64,000 nucleotides of DNA, taken from the NCBI GenBank assembly GCA_045568995.1, contig JBJKZY010000046.1, forward strand, positions 1,575-65,574, read 5' to 3'. Numbering within the stretch: position 1 is the first letter of the stretch; every line of letters begins with the position of its first letter. Shown here piece by piece: positions 27,446 through 37,636 of this stretch. Source of the stretch: Fidelibacterota bacterium. Lineage in GTDB: Bacteria; Fidelibacterota; Marinisomatia; Marinisomatales; UBA1611. The notes beneath the pieces are model-generated. The model was not told where the DNA came from and ran no database searches. It saw nothing but the letters and a program-made list of their open reading frames with translations. Both the position numbers and the translations under genes were made by a program.

Positions 27446-29766
27446 TCCATCTTACCTTTTTGGATTAATCTATTTTTCAATAACTCAGTTGTAGTAGCCA
27501 AAAGAGTAATGGTACCTAGAGATGTAGAGATCATTGCAAAAACCATCAGTCCACCAATATATTGGACAGGAATAAAAGCAGAAAACAGAAGAGCACCAAA
27601 TCCCATATTGGACCCTGCATCCAACATTATAGGGTAGCCTACATCTTGAATGACATCCTTGCTAATATTTGATTTATCGGATGTTTTAGCAAGACTACGA
27701 AATTGTGAAATAAAGTGAATTGCAAAGTCAACACCAACTCCAATGATAATTGATGATAGAATAGCAGTAACATGATTAAAAGTAATACCAAAATGTCCCA
27801 TCAGACCAAAGTTAAGTATTATCGCACCGGTAAGAGGTATAATAGAAATCACACCCCATAAAAAACGTTTAAAAAAGAAAGAAATAATTCCTCCTATCAA
27901 GACTAAAGATATTAAAATACTTAATAATGATGATTCAATAACCATCACAACCATATCTCTTATAACAACAATCATTCCTGTCACATCTACTTGACCATGG
28001 AAAGAAGAATTATCTTGAAAGTATTTTGATATTTTGCTGACAAAAGAAAACACCTCCTCTGTACTCATTGTAGAGGAAAAAGATGTAATAAGTGCAGTAG
28101 TATACTCAAAGTTAACAAGGCTCGAAAAACTTTCTGAATCTCCTGACATGGAGTACGCAGTAAACAAATTATTTATCTTTTCTCTTTCCTCCGGTATCGT
28201 TTCATATTTTAGACTATCATCCATAACTGCTCTGTGCATTTGCTTTACAACGTCTGCTACTGAAAAAGAAACCGATATCTTTTCATTTTGATCTATAAAT
28301 ACCTGCAATGAGTCCATGCTTTTCAAAACTCTAGGCTCTTTTATGTCACCTTCCACAAGTACCCTTAAATCCATCGTCCCGCTCATTTCTCTATCCATAA
28401 AATCCATGCTATCTCTTATTTCAGAGCCCTGCTTAAAAAAACTTGCGACATTCACATCTACATTTACCTTAAATAATCCTGCGATGCCAAAAACAACAAT
28501 TAAAATTCCAGAAATCAAGACAGTTCTAGGAGACTTAACTACAAGTTCACTTAATTTTTCCATAATTCTTTCAAATATACTAGAGTCAGTTATTGCTTTG
28601 GACTTTAGGTCCCAATCTTTCAACTTTATTAAAGCAGGTAATGTTAAAGAGCTTAGTAACCATGCCCAAACTATACCAACAGAAATACTAATCCCATATC
28701 CTACTAGAGGTTCTAGCGGAGATGTACTCAAGGTTAAAAAAGCTCCTACGGTTGTGATACTGGTTAAAAAAATTGGTGTTAGAAGAGCATCCATGCTGGA
28801 GGCTATGGCATTATCAACATTCTTATCCTTTCTAATCTCTCGAAAGAATTTGGTCATTACATGTACACCGTCTGAATTCGCAATGGTTAGTAATATAATT
28901 GGCATGGAAGTACTCAATAATGCAAACAAAAACTTATCTGATCCGGTAAATTTAAATGCCCATCCCATAAATCCCATCATGGCTAATAAAGAAAAAACAA
29001 TTACTACCAATACCATACCTACAGCTGGTATGCTACGAAGATTCATTAATAGAACAGATATCATTATTAGCAAACCTGTTTTAACCAATGATTGAACATC
29101 ATCTCGTATCATTCCAGGTATTGAACCTGTTACATAGGCAGTTCCTCCAAAATGAATATCATAGTCAGTTAATACAGATTTACTCAACTCTACAACCTCA
29201 TTTCTAAATTGATCCAAACCTCCTGCATCATACGGATGAACGGTAGTTAACAAATAATCATTTGATTGACTAACATATTGATTTTTTATATTATCATTTT
29301 TTCGAAGATAAGACTCTACCCTTTCAATTCCTTCCTCAGAGAGATTTTGTGATTTCTGAAGGTCTTCAACTTCTATAAAACCATCTATCTGATCAATTCG
29401 AGAAGAAGTGGATATACTAGAAACTTTTTTTACAGTAGAAAGATTTACTAACCCATTTGATAAAACCCAAAGATCGGATAAAGCTCGAGAATTGTAGATG
29501 GACTCACCCTTGTTTCCATAAGCTATAAAAATGATTTCAGTACTTCCAAATTCATTTTGAACCGCATCCCATGTTATTTTTGATTTTAAATTATTTGGCA
29601 ACATTTTCATCATGTCATCATCCATAATAAGAAACTGTATACCCGATGCCATAAAAATGGTAACCAACACAGTGAATAGAATAGTTCTTTTTGGATGAAT
29701 CAAAGCTTGATCTATGCACCAAGCCTTGATGGGTGATTTTGAGGAATTATTCTTCATAGCATTCAA
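27442..29766 (-). CDS. COG1033-type RND/MMPL-family exporter (module A)
   Basis: 774 aa; two blocks of about 6 TM, each preceded by a large periplasmic loop; architecture of predicted lipid exporters (HpnN/MMPL-like). Confidence 0.85.
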   Translation of the reverse strand: MNAMKNNSSKSPIKAWCIDQALIHPKRTILFTVLVTIFMASGIQFLIMDDDMMKMLPNNLKSKITWDAVQNEFGSTEIIFIAYGNKGESIYNSRALSDLWVLSNGLVNLSTVKKVSSISTSSRIDQIDGFIEVEDLQKSQNLSEEGIERVESYLRKNDNIKNQYVSQSNDYLLTTVHPYDAGGLDQFRNEVVELSKSVLTDYDIHFGGTAYVTGSIPGMIRDDVQSLVKTGLLIMISVLLMNLRSIPAVGMVLVVIVFSLLAMMGFMGWAFKFTGSDKFLFALLSTSMPIILLTIANSDGVHVMTKFFREIRKDKNVDNAIASSMDALLTPIFLTSITTVGAFLTLSTSPLEPLVGYGISISVGIVWAWLLSSLTLPALIKLKDWDLKSKAITDSSIFERIMEKLSELVVKSPRTVLISGILIVVFGIAGLFKVNVDVNVASFFKQGSEIRDSMDFMDREMSGTMDLRVLVEGDIKEPRVLKSMDSLQVFIDQNEKISVSFSVADVVKQMHRAVMDDSLKYETIPEEREKINNLFTAYSMSGDSESFSSLVNFEYTTALITSFSSTMSTEEVFSFVSKISKYFQDNSSFHGQVDVTGMIVVIRDMVVMVIESSLLSILISLVLIGGIISFFFKRFLWGVISIIPLTGAIILNFGLMGHFGITFNHVTAILSSIIIGVGVDFAIHFISQFRSLAKTSDKSNISKDVIQDVGYPIMLDAGSNMGFGALLFSAFIPVQYIGGLMVFAMISTSLGTITLLATTTELLKNRLIQKGKME

Positions 29767-29803
29767 AAATGATAAACGAGAATACTATAGCAAGCAAAGA
29801 CTA

Positions 29804-31261
29804 TTAATTATTTAGAATGAACTGTACCAAAGTAATCCAATCGGAAGTATTTACTAATCCATCTCCAGTGTAGTCGGCCGCAGGAGTTTCATCATAGCCG
29901 TATCCAAAATCCATATCTAATATCATAAGAACATCTTGAATATTCATAGCGCTATCAAAATTAACATCACCAGCTACATATTCAGGAAATCCAGGGCCTA
30001 AATAGTCCATAGCATATTTTTGCGCTCTTGCAATCATAGTCTGTCCTCCACCATAATCAAGATCCCAAACAACATTTCCATCACTGGTGACTTCAAACAT
30101 ATGAGCATCATCGCAATCAGTGATAAGGGTGTTCCCATTGGGAAGCCTAAATGCACCCCCCTGCATTTGAGTGTGAAAATTATCTGTGTAAGACCAAATT
30201 GGTGATTCTGGTCCAAAAGGATCCCCATCTAAAATATCATACGCACCACTGTCATTTATTGGTGTTACAAGCTCGAGAACCGCAGAATTGTTTCCATTAT
30301 CATTATTATTGAATAATATGAGATTCCCCGCACCTGGATATCCTTCAGGAATCCAATTCACACTATGCTGATCTCCTAGAAGATGATTAGAATTATTTCC
30401 TCTACCATACGACTGTGGGTTTCCCCATCTGTATAAATAATCTCCTCCCATTCCTGAATTTCCACCCGTGTGCCCTGATGCCTCTTCAGTAGTTGTGCTA
30501 TGATCGATAATATAAATTTCATCATGGTGTCTTGAAGAAAGTGCTATTTGATCAAGCTCTTCATTGTATGCGATGGCATTAAAATGCTTCCAATCAGCAT
30601 TCGATCCTCCAGGCCCTCCGTTACTTCCTACTGTGCCATAGTTTACATCCTGAAGTTCTGGGTGATCTGATACTACTCCGTAATTTGGTAATTCAGGATC
30701 CACATCTTGAACCAAATGATCCCATATGTGCCACTCCCAAACTATGTTGGCATCATTACTGCCTACTGGTTCAATTTCTAAAACTGCTTCTGCCCACATC
30801 TCGTTTAATGAATTATCTATAGTTTCTCTTCCAACAGCATAGGCCTCATTTGCAGTTTTTCTTTCCCAAACAATAACTAATATATTTCCATTTGGAAGTG
30901 GTTCCACATCATGATGATGTTGGTAGGTGTTATTTGCAATTTCATAACTCCAAAGCAGTTCACCATCCCAAGAATATTTCGATATGCCACCACCAACCCC
31001 TCCAGAATTCATCGTAACATTTTGTACTCTGTATGGATATAAAAGTGTACTATCTTGGAGCAAATAAGGCATGCTAGCAGCACCTCTAGTATGACTCCAA
31101 ACATTAATTTCATTTAGGTCATTATCAATTAAATAAGAATAGAAGGTACCTCCACCTCCGCCTCCACCTTGAGCAGGTGAGAATATAGTCATGCCTTCAA
31201 AGGCTTGCCCAATTAATAGGCTAAGTAAATAAAAAGAAAGAATGGTAATTTTTTTCATCAT
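29804..31261 (-). CDS. Secreted arylsulfotransferase (ASST)-family beta-propeller with C-terminal dockerin-like repeats
   Basis: 485 aa; signal peptide; HHHDVEPLPNGNILV, WEWHIWDH, WKHFNAIAYN..ALSSRHHDEIYIIDH, FRLPNGNTLI. C-terminus GDVNFDSAMNIQDVLMIL and DYTGDGLVNTSDWITLVQFIL (two dockerin/EF-hand loops). Confidence 0.7.
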   Translation of the reverse strand: MMKKITILSFYLLSLLIGQAFEGMTIFSPAQGGGGGGGTFYSYLIDNDLNEINVWSHTRGAASMPYLLQDSTLLYPYRVQNVTMNSGGVGGGISKYSWDGELLWSYEIANNTYQHHHDVEPLPNGNILVIVWERKTANEAYAVGRETIDNSLNEMWAEAVLEIEPVGSNDANIVWEWHIWDHLVQDVDPELPNYGVVSDHPELQDVNYGTVGSNGGPGGSNADWKHFNAIAYNEELDQIALSSRHHDEIYIIDHSTTTEEASGHTGGNSGMGGDYLYRWGNPQSYGRGNNSNHLLGDQHSVNWIPEGYPGAGNLILFNNNDNGNNSAVLELVTPINDSGAYDILDGDPFGPESPIWSYTDNFHTQMQGGAFRLPNGNTLITDCDDAHMFEVTSDGNVVWDLDYGGGQTMIARAQKYAMDYLGPGFPEYVAGDVNFDSAMNIQDVLMILDMDFGYGYDETPAADYTGDGLVNTSDWITLVQFILNN

Positions 31262-31370
31262 ATTTATAAAAAAATCTAATTGAATATTTATAAAAACAAA
31301 ATAGGAGTCTATGCAATTATTTGTTTTTTTATCCTTTTAAAATGAAAGTAAATTTACATTAAGATATACA

Positions 31371-32453
31371 ATGACACTTAAAAGAATTTCACGGTTATAC
31401 ATCATACTTGGAAAAAATTTTTCCATCTGGGTATCACCGATTTTTTCAGGTATTTTTGTTTTCTTTCTTCGATTATTTGTTGGAGTAGGACGATTTTTAG
31501 ATCGCATCTTCTACAAATCATTAAAAAATGACCTTTACAATCCAATAATTATTGTTGGAAATCCTAGATCCGGGACCACTTTCCTCCATCGTTTTTTAAT
31601 TAAACAAAATATCGGAAGCGGATCTCAATTATGGCAAATGATTTATCCTTCTATTTTTATTCAAAAACTAATAAAACCACTACTGCCAATCCTGGAAAAA
31701 ATTAGTCCTGCCCGACACCATTCAACAGAAGCTCATAAAACAAGCTTATCTTCCGTTGAAACGGATGACGTTTCTTTATTATTTAGATATCTAGATGGTT
31801 TCTTTTTTTATGGTTTTTTTCTTACGTTTGATGAAAAAAACCTTTTTCATTGGGTAGATCCAAAATTAAGAGATTCATCCGTTCGAGACTTTGCGTGGTT
31901 TGAATCCATGTGGAAGCGAAACCTAATCTCAAATAAAAGAGACAGATATATTGGGAAATTATTTAGTCTGAGTAGCAACCTCCCTTTGTTCCAAAAAAAG
32001 TTTCCTGATGCGAAAATATTGTACATGGTTCGAGATCCATTAAGTGTTATACCTTCTGGTTTGAGTTTAGTGACTGGAGTACTACATAAAAGATTTAATT
32101 TTTGGTCTCTAAATGATAAAATAAAAAATCGTTTTATTAAAAGACTATATAGAGCATTGGTTGAACTTTTAATTAGATTTCACGAAGACTGGGAAAATGG
32201 AAAAATAAATAAGGAAAAAGTGTTTATAGTTCGTTTTGATAGTATGATGAGTGAATTTGATATTCTTATGGATAGTGTACTTGATTTTCTTGACGTGGAT
32301 AAGGATGATGAATTGATCAAAGAAATCAAAATAACATCAGAAAAGCAAAAGCAATATAAAAGTGGGCACAAATATGATCTTGAAAAATTTGGGTTAACTG
32401 AAAATGAAATCAGAACCGATTGTAAAAAAATATATGATACATTTCTTACGTAG
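31371..32453 (+). CDS. PAPS-dependent sulfotransferase with hydrophobic N-terminus
   Basis: 360 aa; 5'-PSB loop IIVGNPRSGTTFLHRFL, 3'-PB motif YMVRDPLSVIPS; N-terminal hydrophobic stretch FSIWVSPIFSGIFVFFLRLFVGV. Confidence 0.8.
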   Translation: MTLKRISRLYIILGKNFSIWVSPIFSGIFVFFLRLFVGVGRFLDRIFYKSLKNDLYNPIIIVGNPRSGTTFLHRFLIKQNIGSGSQLWQMIYPSIFIQKLIKPLLPILEKISPARHHSTEAHKTSLSSVETDDVSLLFRYLDGFFFYGFFLTFDEKNLFHWVDPKLRDSSVRDFAWFESMWKRNLISNKRDRYIGKLFSLSSNLPLFQKKFPDAKILYMVRDPLSVIPSGLSLVTGVLHKRFNFWSLNDKIKNRFIKRLYRALVELLIRFHEDWENGKINKEKVFIVRFDSMMSEFDILMDSVLDFLDVDKDDELIKEIKITSEKQKQYKSGHKYDLEKFGLTENEIRTDCKKIYDTFLT

Positions 32454-32456
32454 AAC

Positions 32457-33059
32457 ATGAAATTGTTTTTCCTACTTATTTTTATCCATAGTTTTTCCGT
32501 AGGCTTAGATCTTCGAGATATTAAAAGTCTGAAAAACTGGAATCTATTGAAAGATAATTCCATAAAAATAGAGTCGTGCATTTATAAAGGCTATCCCATT
32601 AGCAAAGCGGAAACAATACTTGAGCATGATATAAAAGATGTAGCAAGCATTATTAAAGACCTTGATAATTATCCAAAAATCTTTGAAAGAGTGACAAATA
32701 CTCATCGTCTTGGTGAAAATTTAGTCCATATTATTTTGGATATGCCTTTTCCATTTGATGGTCGAGATTATATAGTTGAATATGAAATAATAGAAAAAGT
32801 TGATTCCTGGGTGTTCTCGTTTTCTGCGCAAAAGAACAAGAGGAATCCAAAAATAGATGGCCACATTCGTCTTCCAAATGCTGCGGGTGTATGGATCTTA
32901 AATAAGACTTCAGAGAATAGTACAAAAGTTACCTATGCTTGGAATGGAGAGTTATTAGGAAGTTTCCCTGATTTTGGTTTAGAAAGAGCCTGGATCCAAC
33001 AAGGATCAGAGGTATTAGAGTGGCTTAATCAAGCACTTATAAATAAACAAAAAATATGA
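32457..33059 (+). CDS. Secreted START/SRPBCC-fold lipid-binding protein
   Basis: 200 aa; signal peptide MKLFFLLIFIHSFS; ..MPFPFDGRDYIVEY.. (START-type RD[FY]V motif); length typical of a single START domain. Confidence 0.65.
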   Translation: MKLFFLLIFIHSFSVGLDLRDIKSLKNWNLLKDNSIKIESCIYKGYPISKAETILEHDIKDVASIIKDLDNYPKIFERVTNTHRLGENLVHIILDMPFPFDGRDYIVEYEIIEKVDSWVFSFSAQKNKRNPKIDGHIRLPNAAGVWILNKTSENSTKVTYAWNGELLGSFPDFGLERAWIQQGSEVLEWLNQALINKQKI

Positions 33060-35092
33060 AAAATTTTATACTAATCTTCTTTATATCCTCTGCATTTAGT
33101 AACCTAATTACTCCCGAAGATGGTGCTACCCTTAATCATATTCATGTCTTATTTAAATGGAAGCAAGTTCCAGAAGCTATCAGCTATGACATTCAAATTT
33201 CTGAAGATATAAATTTTTCTTCGATAATTTATGAAGCAACAGATTCGAGCCTTGCGCATATAGATAGAAATAATCTAAGCTGGCAAACAACCTACTACTG
33301 GCGAATTCGAGCTAATTTTAATAACCAAAGCTCCAACTGGTATACACCTTTTTCATTTACAACAACCCAGGCTCTTTCCTCATCATCTATAGATTATGTA
33401 GATGAATCACAATACCAAGGTGGGATAACCGTTTTTGGAGCATTTTTCAATTATTTTTCTGCCGCTATTGATCAAACAGGAAAAGAGATATGGAACTCTG
33501 GAGCAAATAACTTTGTTTACTATAGCTCAAATTCATTTGGTAATGTTTTTGGGTGTAATCTTTTATCAGGTGCTGAAAATAATCTACCGGGAATGGAAAT
33601 TTCCTTTCAAAACGAGATAATCTGGGAAGAACCAAATGATGAATTCCTCCATCATGATATCATTAAACTTCCCAATGGTAATTATTTAGGAATTGTTGAA
33701 ACGAATTCTTTAGGACCTATACCAATAGGAGGATGGACTGCCTCTTTTCAAAACCTAGGATTCCAAGCAGATGGTGTAACGATTGAATTCCCATGGGTAG
33801 GAGATAAACTAGTTGAGTGGGATAAGGACACAAAAGAAGTAGTCTGGACCTGGAGTACTTTTGACCACTTCAGCATGCTAGACTATGATCAGTTTGGAGG
33901 AACCTGGACAGAGGCATACCTAAGTTTACACTATGACTGGACCCATGTGAATGCAGTAATATTTGATGAAAGCGAAAGCGCAATTTATATATCCACCAGA
34001 CATCTTTCTCGCATAACAAAGATTGATTATCCATCTGGTGAAATCATATGGAACCTCGGACATGAAATGCCCTCGGGTCAAGTAAATATAGGAACAGAAA
34101 TCGGATTTAGTTTTCAACATAGTCTTCAAAAATTGGAAAATGGAAATATTCTAACATTCGATAATGGAAACCTTTCTCCTGAATTTCGTGGTACAGACCA
34201 GCCTATTTCGCGAGCAATTGAAATTGAGATAAATGATACCAATGCTAGTCTTGCATGGTCTTATGATTTGCCTCCTGATCTTTTTGGATTTGCTTCCGGA
34301 AATGCACAAAAGCTAGAAAATGGGAATGTGTTAATGACTACAGTAGGAGGAGGTGGTCGGAGTCTTGAAATTAACCCTCAAGGTGAACTTATTTGGGAAG
34401 GTTTATATAATCTTAGTCTACCTGACGGTGCTGTTTACAGAGCTCACAGGATACCAGGACTTTATCCAGCAGCATTTAGCATTATAATTAATAATTATAT
34501 GGAAAATAATGGAGATCCTGGAATTTATCTTCAGCCAGGGTCATCAAATATTTCATTCTCGATTACGAACGAGGGTAGATACATTTTACCATTATTGATC
34601 CAGATTACTGATAGTGAGAATTGGTTTGGATCCCAGACAACAGAAATAATCATAGGCCCTGAGTCAACGCAATCAGTTTCTTTTTCCGGGAACATCACAA
34701 ACTCCACGTACGCGAACCCTATTCAATTGATTGCAGAGCCTATTCATCACCCAAATAAGACTAAAACAGTTTCTGTTAATGCATTCACCAACCCTCTTAG
34801 CAATGACAACCCTAAGAATATTATCTCTAACTTTTTTTCTTTAGAAAGCCCATTCCCAAATCCCTTTAATTCAAATATTTCTATTCATTATAAACTCGAA
34901 AAAGATCAGACAGTACTTCTCCAGATTTTCAATATAAATGGTAAACCAATTCACACATTAATTCATGAAAGACTATCAGCAGGTAGTCACCATAGCCATT
35001 GGAACGCTTTGAATGAATCTACAGGAGTATATATAGTTAAATTAACTTCCTCTAATCAGGTAGAAACTCAAAAGATCCTTTATCTTAAATAA
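33056..35092 (+). CDS. Secreted ASST-family beta-propeller with T9SS-type C-terminal sorting domain
   Basis: 678 aa; ATGA overlap with the START gene; FLHHDIIKLPNGNYLGIVE, HYDWTHVNAVIFDE..YISTRHLSRITKID, FQHSLQKLENGNILTFDNGN. C-terminus PFPNPFNSNISIHY..GVYIVKLTS..QKILYLK. Confidence 0.7.
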   Translation: MKNFILIFFISSAFSNLITPEDGATLNHIHVLFKWKQVPEAISYDIQISEDINFSSIIYEATDSSLAHIDRNNLSWQTTYYWRIRANFNNQSSNWYTPFSFTTTQALSSSSIDYVDESQYQGGITVFGAFFNYFSAAIDQTGKEIWNSGANNFVYYSSNSFGNVFGCNLLSGAENNLPGMEISFQNEIIWEEPNDEFLHHDIIKLPNGNYLGIVETNSLGPIPIGGWTASFQNLGFQADGVTIEFPWVGDKLVEWDKDTKEVVWTWSTFDHFSMLDYDQFGGTWTEAYLSLHYDWTHVNAVIFDESESAIYISTRHLSRITKIDYPSGEIIWNLGHEMPSGQVNIGTEIGFSFQHSLQKLENGNILTFDNGNLSPEFRGTDQPISRAIEIEINDTNASLAWSYDLPPDLFGFASGNAQKLENGNVLMTTVGGGGRSLEINPQGELIWEGLYNLSLPDGAVYRAHRIPGLYPAAFSIIINNYMENNGDPGIYLQPGSSNISFSITNEGRYILPLLIQITDSENWFGSQTTEIIIGPESTQSVSFSGNITNSTYANPIQLIAEPIHHPNKTKTVSVNAFTNPLSNDNPKNIISNFFSLESPFPNPFNSNISIHYKLEKDQTVLLQIFNINGKPIHTLIHERLSAGSHHSHWNALNESTGVYIVKLTSSNQVETQKILYLK

Positions 35093-35093
35093 A

Positions 35094-36161
35094 ATGAGAA
35101 GACAAATACTTATCATCATTATTACCCTTACAGCGGAGGCAGTATACAGTCAATGTGATAGCACTTTTACCTATTTTTCTGATCTGCCTAATAATGTTAC
35201 TATTTTAGTAGGAGATTCCTGCCTTTCCAATAGTGATCTTGCAGTCCTAGACAGTATTATATCACAAAATAATTTAGATTATAGCTCAGCTTTAGATATT
35301 GGTACACAGACATGGTTTAATGGTAGACTTCGATTTTTTGTAGGAGGAAACTATGGAAATAGTTCCGGAGTTAACGATACTATTTATTTACTTCCAGAAA
35401 ACTTTGGAGATCTTACTGGACTTGCTACACTTTACTTGGAATGGCATAGAATATCCGAACTTCCTGAGTCCTTCAGTAATTTGACAGGGCTAATGTCTTT
35501 ATATGTAAATAATAATATTCTAACTTCAATTGGAGACAGCATTGGAAACCTTACGAACCTATATTTTTTAGATCTTGGATATAATGAACTTCTTGAAATC
35601 CCTACATCTATCTGTAGCCTACAAAACCTAACCTACTTGTGGCTTTTCAATAATAATCTCCAAAACCTACCAGATTGCTTTTGCGATATGGGTTTAGATT
35701 GGATTAATGATGATAATGGAGGATATCCTTATTTCGCGATAGGAGCCAACCAGCTTTGTGATAATATAGCAAGCTGTATTGATAGCACTGAACATTTTAC
35801 ATTGAGCCTGGATCAATTTTATTATTCCTTTCCAGTTTATTCCCCTCAAGACTGCGACACAACAACTGCGGCTATTAGAGATCCTATTTTGCCCTACCAA
35901 TTCCAAGTTTCCCCCCCCTATCCCAATCCATTTAATCCAACAGTTCACCTAGATATATATATTCCCCATGATCGAAGAATGGATATCCGAGTATTTGATA
36001 TATTAGGGAATGAGGTTGATATTATTTCCAACCATTCAATCTATGAGTTTGGTCCTCACAGAATATATTGGACATCAAAAAATCATCCATCTGGAGTGTA
36101 TTATATCAGGTTTTCAGATGGTATAGATTCTCAAGTAAAAAAACTAATGTTGATAAAGTAG
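35094..36161 (+). CDS. Leucine-rich-repeat surface protein with T9SS-type C-terminal sorting domain
   Basis: 355 aa; LRRs LTGLATLYLEWHRISELPESFSNLTGLMSLYVNNNILTSIGDSIGNLTNLYFLDLGYNELLEIP..LQNLTYLWLFNNNLQNLP; C-terminus PPYPNPFNPTVHLDI..SGVYYIRFS..VKKLMLIK. Confidence 0.8.
   Translation: MRRQILIIIITLTAEAVYSQCDSTFTYFSDLPNNVTILVGDSCLSNSDLAVLDSIISQNNLDYSSALDIGTQTWFNGRLRFFVGGNYGNSSGVNDTIYLLPENFGDLTGLATLYLEWHRISELPESFSNLTGLMSLYVNNNILTSIGDSIGNLTNLYFLDLGYNELLEIPTSICSLQNLTYLWLFNNNLQNLPDCFCDMGLDWINDDNGGYPYFAIGANQLCDNIASCIDSTEHFTLSLDQFYYSFPVYSPQDCDTTTAAIRDPILPYQFQVSPPYPNPFNPTVHLDIYIPHDRRMDIRVFDILGNEVDIISNHSIYEFGPHRIYWTSKNHPSGVYYIRFSDGIDSQVKKLMLIK
35911..35918 (+). repeat. C8 homopolymer inside the LRR gene, immediately upstream of its T9SS sorting domain
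   Basis: GTT TCC CCC CCC TAT (V-S-P-P-Y). It is the longest G/C homopolymer I saw in the window; others are 6-7 nt. Confidence 0.95.
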
Positions 36162-36168
36162 CATTTAT

Positions 36169-37623
36169 ATGACAAATCGAATCCTATTTTTGGCAAAATT
36201 TTCCTTTCTTATACATCTTATTTTCTTTTCAAAAATCTTATCTGAAAATACAAAACCTCTTTTTTCTGGCTACTTAGACTTCACCTATATAGCAAGACAA
36301 TCCGATCAATCTCTCATTAATATCCCATACAGAATGGGTATTCTTAATATGGAAAGAGAAAGTGAAAATCTTATTTTAAATACCACCTTTGCTCTTGAAT
36401 ATCATGTCAGAGAGGATTCCTATTTCTTAAGTACTAGCAGCCCTCAGGACTTTATCCTTGATATGCGTGAATTATATTTAACCTATAGATCTGGCTCTTA
36501 TGAATTCCGTATGGGCAAGCAGATACACTCATGGGGAAGCGTAGACGAAAATAGCCCCATTGACAATGCTAGTTCATTTGATTATTATTATATGTTTTTC
36601 GGAGGGACAGAGAGAAAAATGGCAACTCTCTCTGGTTCACTGGATTATTATATCGGTAATCTGAAAATAAATACGGTTTTTTCACCATTGCATTCGACCA
36701 ATCGAATCCCACTTGGTGATGATGATTTTCCTGTTGAACTTCCTGTATATCCAGATGCTACAGAAATTCTCCCTATTTCTGGTAGGCCCTATGAAGGTGG
36801 AATACATGGAACTTATTCCTTTGGTTTTGGGGATATCTCTCTTTCTTATTTTTCTGGATATGATAGGACCTTTAATCTTACTGGAGTGAATGTCTATGGC
36901 AGAGGTAGTGATATATCTTTTCCCTATGTTGATATTGTTTATGGGTATAGAAAGACAAATGTTTTGGGTCTTGGAGGTGTGCTACTTAATGATTGGTTTA
37001 CTCTCAGGCTTGATGTTGGATATTTTTCAACTAAAGATAAAAATAAAACTATTGATAGACCTAGCTCTTTTAACACCGTGTATTATGACTCGCTCCATTT
37101 TTCATATCCTCTACATGAAGAATCAATCTATCAACAGGCTACTTTACAGATAGAAATGGAACTACCTTTTAATATTAACCTTTCTGCTCAATATTTTACC
37201 CATGACACACTTAGCTATAGCTCGGACAGTCTACCCGTTGATCAGGAAATAAACATTCCTAATCTTCAGATAGATCCGGAGAATATAACTCCATCTAACT
37301 TTTTTACTCCAGGCATGGGAGTACCAATAGCAATTCTAACCAAAAGCGCTGTCTTTGTTGTAATGGATAGAAAATTTTTCAATAACAGGTTAACTGTTTC
37401 TCTAACATCTATGTTAGATATAGCTGAATATCCTAATATATCTGGAGTCGCAGGTTCCTTGTCAGAGCTTAAAGCTGAATACTCTATCATCCAAAACCTC
37501 CATGGGCTCATTGGTATAACTAGTGTCAAGGGTAACGATTCACATCCAGATAAAGAACTTTACCCATTTAATAAGATGGAAGATTTTTCACATACTAGAT
37601 TTGAAGTAAAATATTTTTTCTAA
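36169..37623 (+). CDS. Outer-membrane beta-barrel protein, DUF1302-like
   Basis: 484 aa; signal peptide; MRELYLTYRSGSYEFRMGKQIHSWGSVDENSPID (the R-E-x-Y..G-[KR]-Q-x-x-x-W-G motif I associate with DUF1302/alginate-export-type barrels); alternating beta pattern; terminal ..FEVKYFF. Confidence 0.65.
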   Translation: MTNRILFLAKFSFLIHLIFFSKILSENTKPLFSGYLDFTYIARQSDQSLINIPYRMGILNMERESENLILNTTFALEYHVREDSYFLSTSSPQDFILDMRELYLTYRSGSYEFRMGKQIHSWGSVDENSPIDNASSFDYYYMFFGGTERKMATLSGSLDYYIGNLKINTVFSPLHSTNRIPLGDDDFPVELPVYPDATEILPISGRPYEGGIHGTYSFGFGDISLSYFSGYDRTFNLTGVNVYGRGSDISFPYVDIVYGYRKTNVLGLGGVLLNDWFTLRLDVGYFSTKDKNKTIDRPSSFNTVYYDSLHFSYPLHEESIYQQATLQIEMELPFNINLSAQYFTHDTLSYSSDSLPVDQEINIPNLQIDPENITPSNFFTPGMGVPIAILTKSAVFVVMDRKFFNNRLTVSLTSMLDIAEYPNISGVAGSLSELKAEYSIIQNLHGLIGITSVKGNDSHPDKELYPFNKMEDFSHTRFEVKYFF

Positions 37624-37636
37624 AAAGGGAAAAAGA

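Noticed and set aside
28316-29095. 259-aa plus-strand ORF antisense to the RND/MMPL gene. Similar long antisense ORFs occur at 6815..7246, 21230..21541, 32180..32581, 50354..50677 and 52112..52453.
   Set aside because: All overlap strongly supported genes on the opposite strand, have no motifs, and show low-complexity composition typical of antisense frames in AT-rich DNA.
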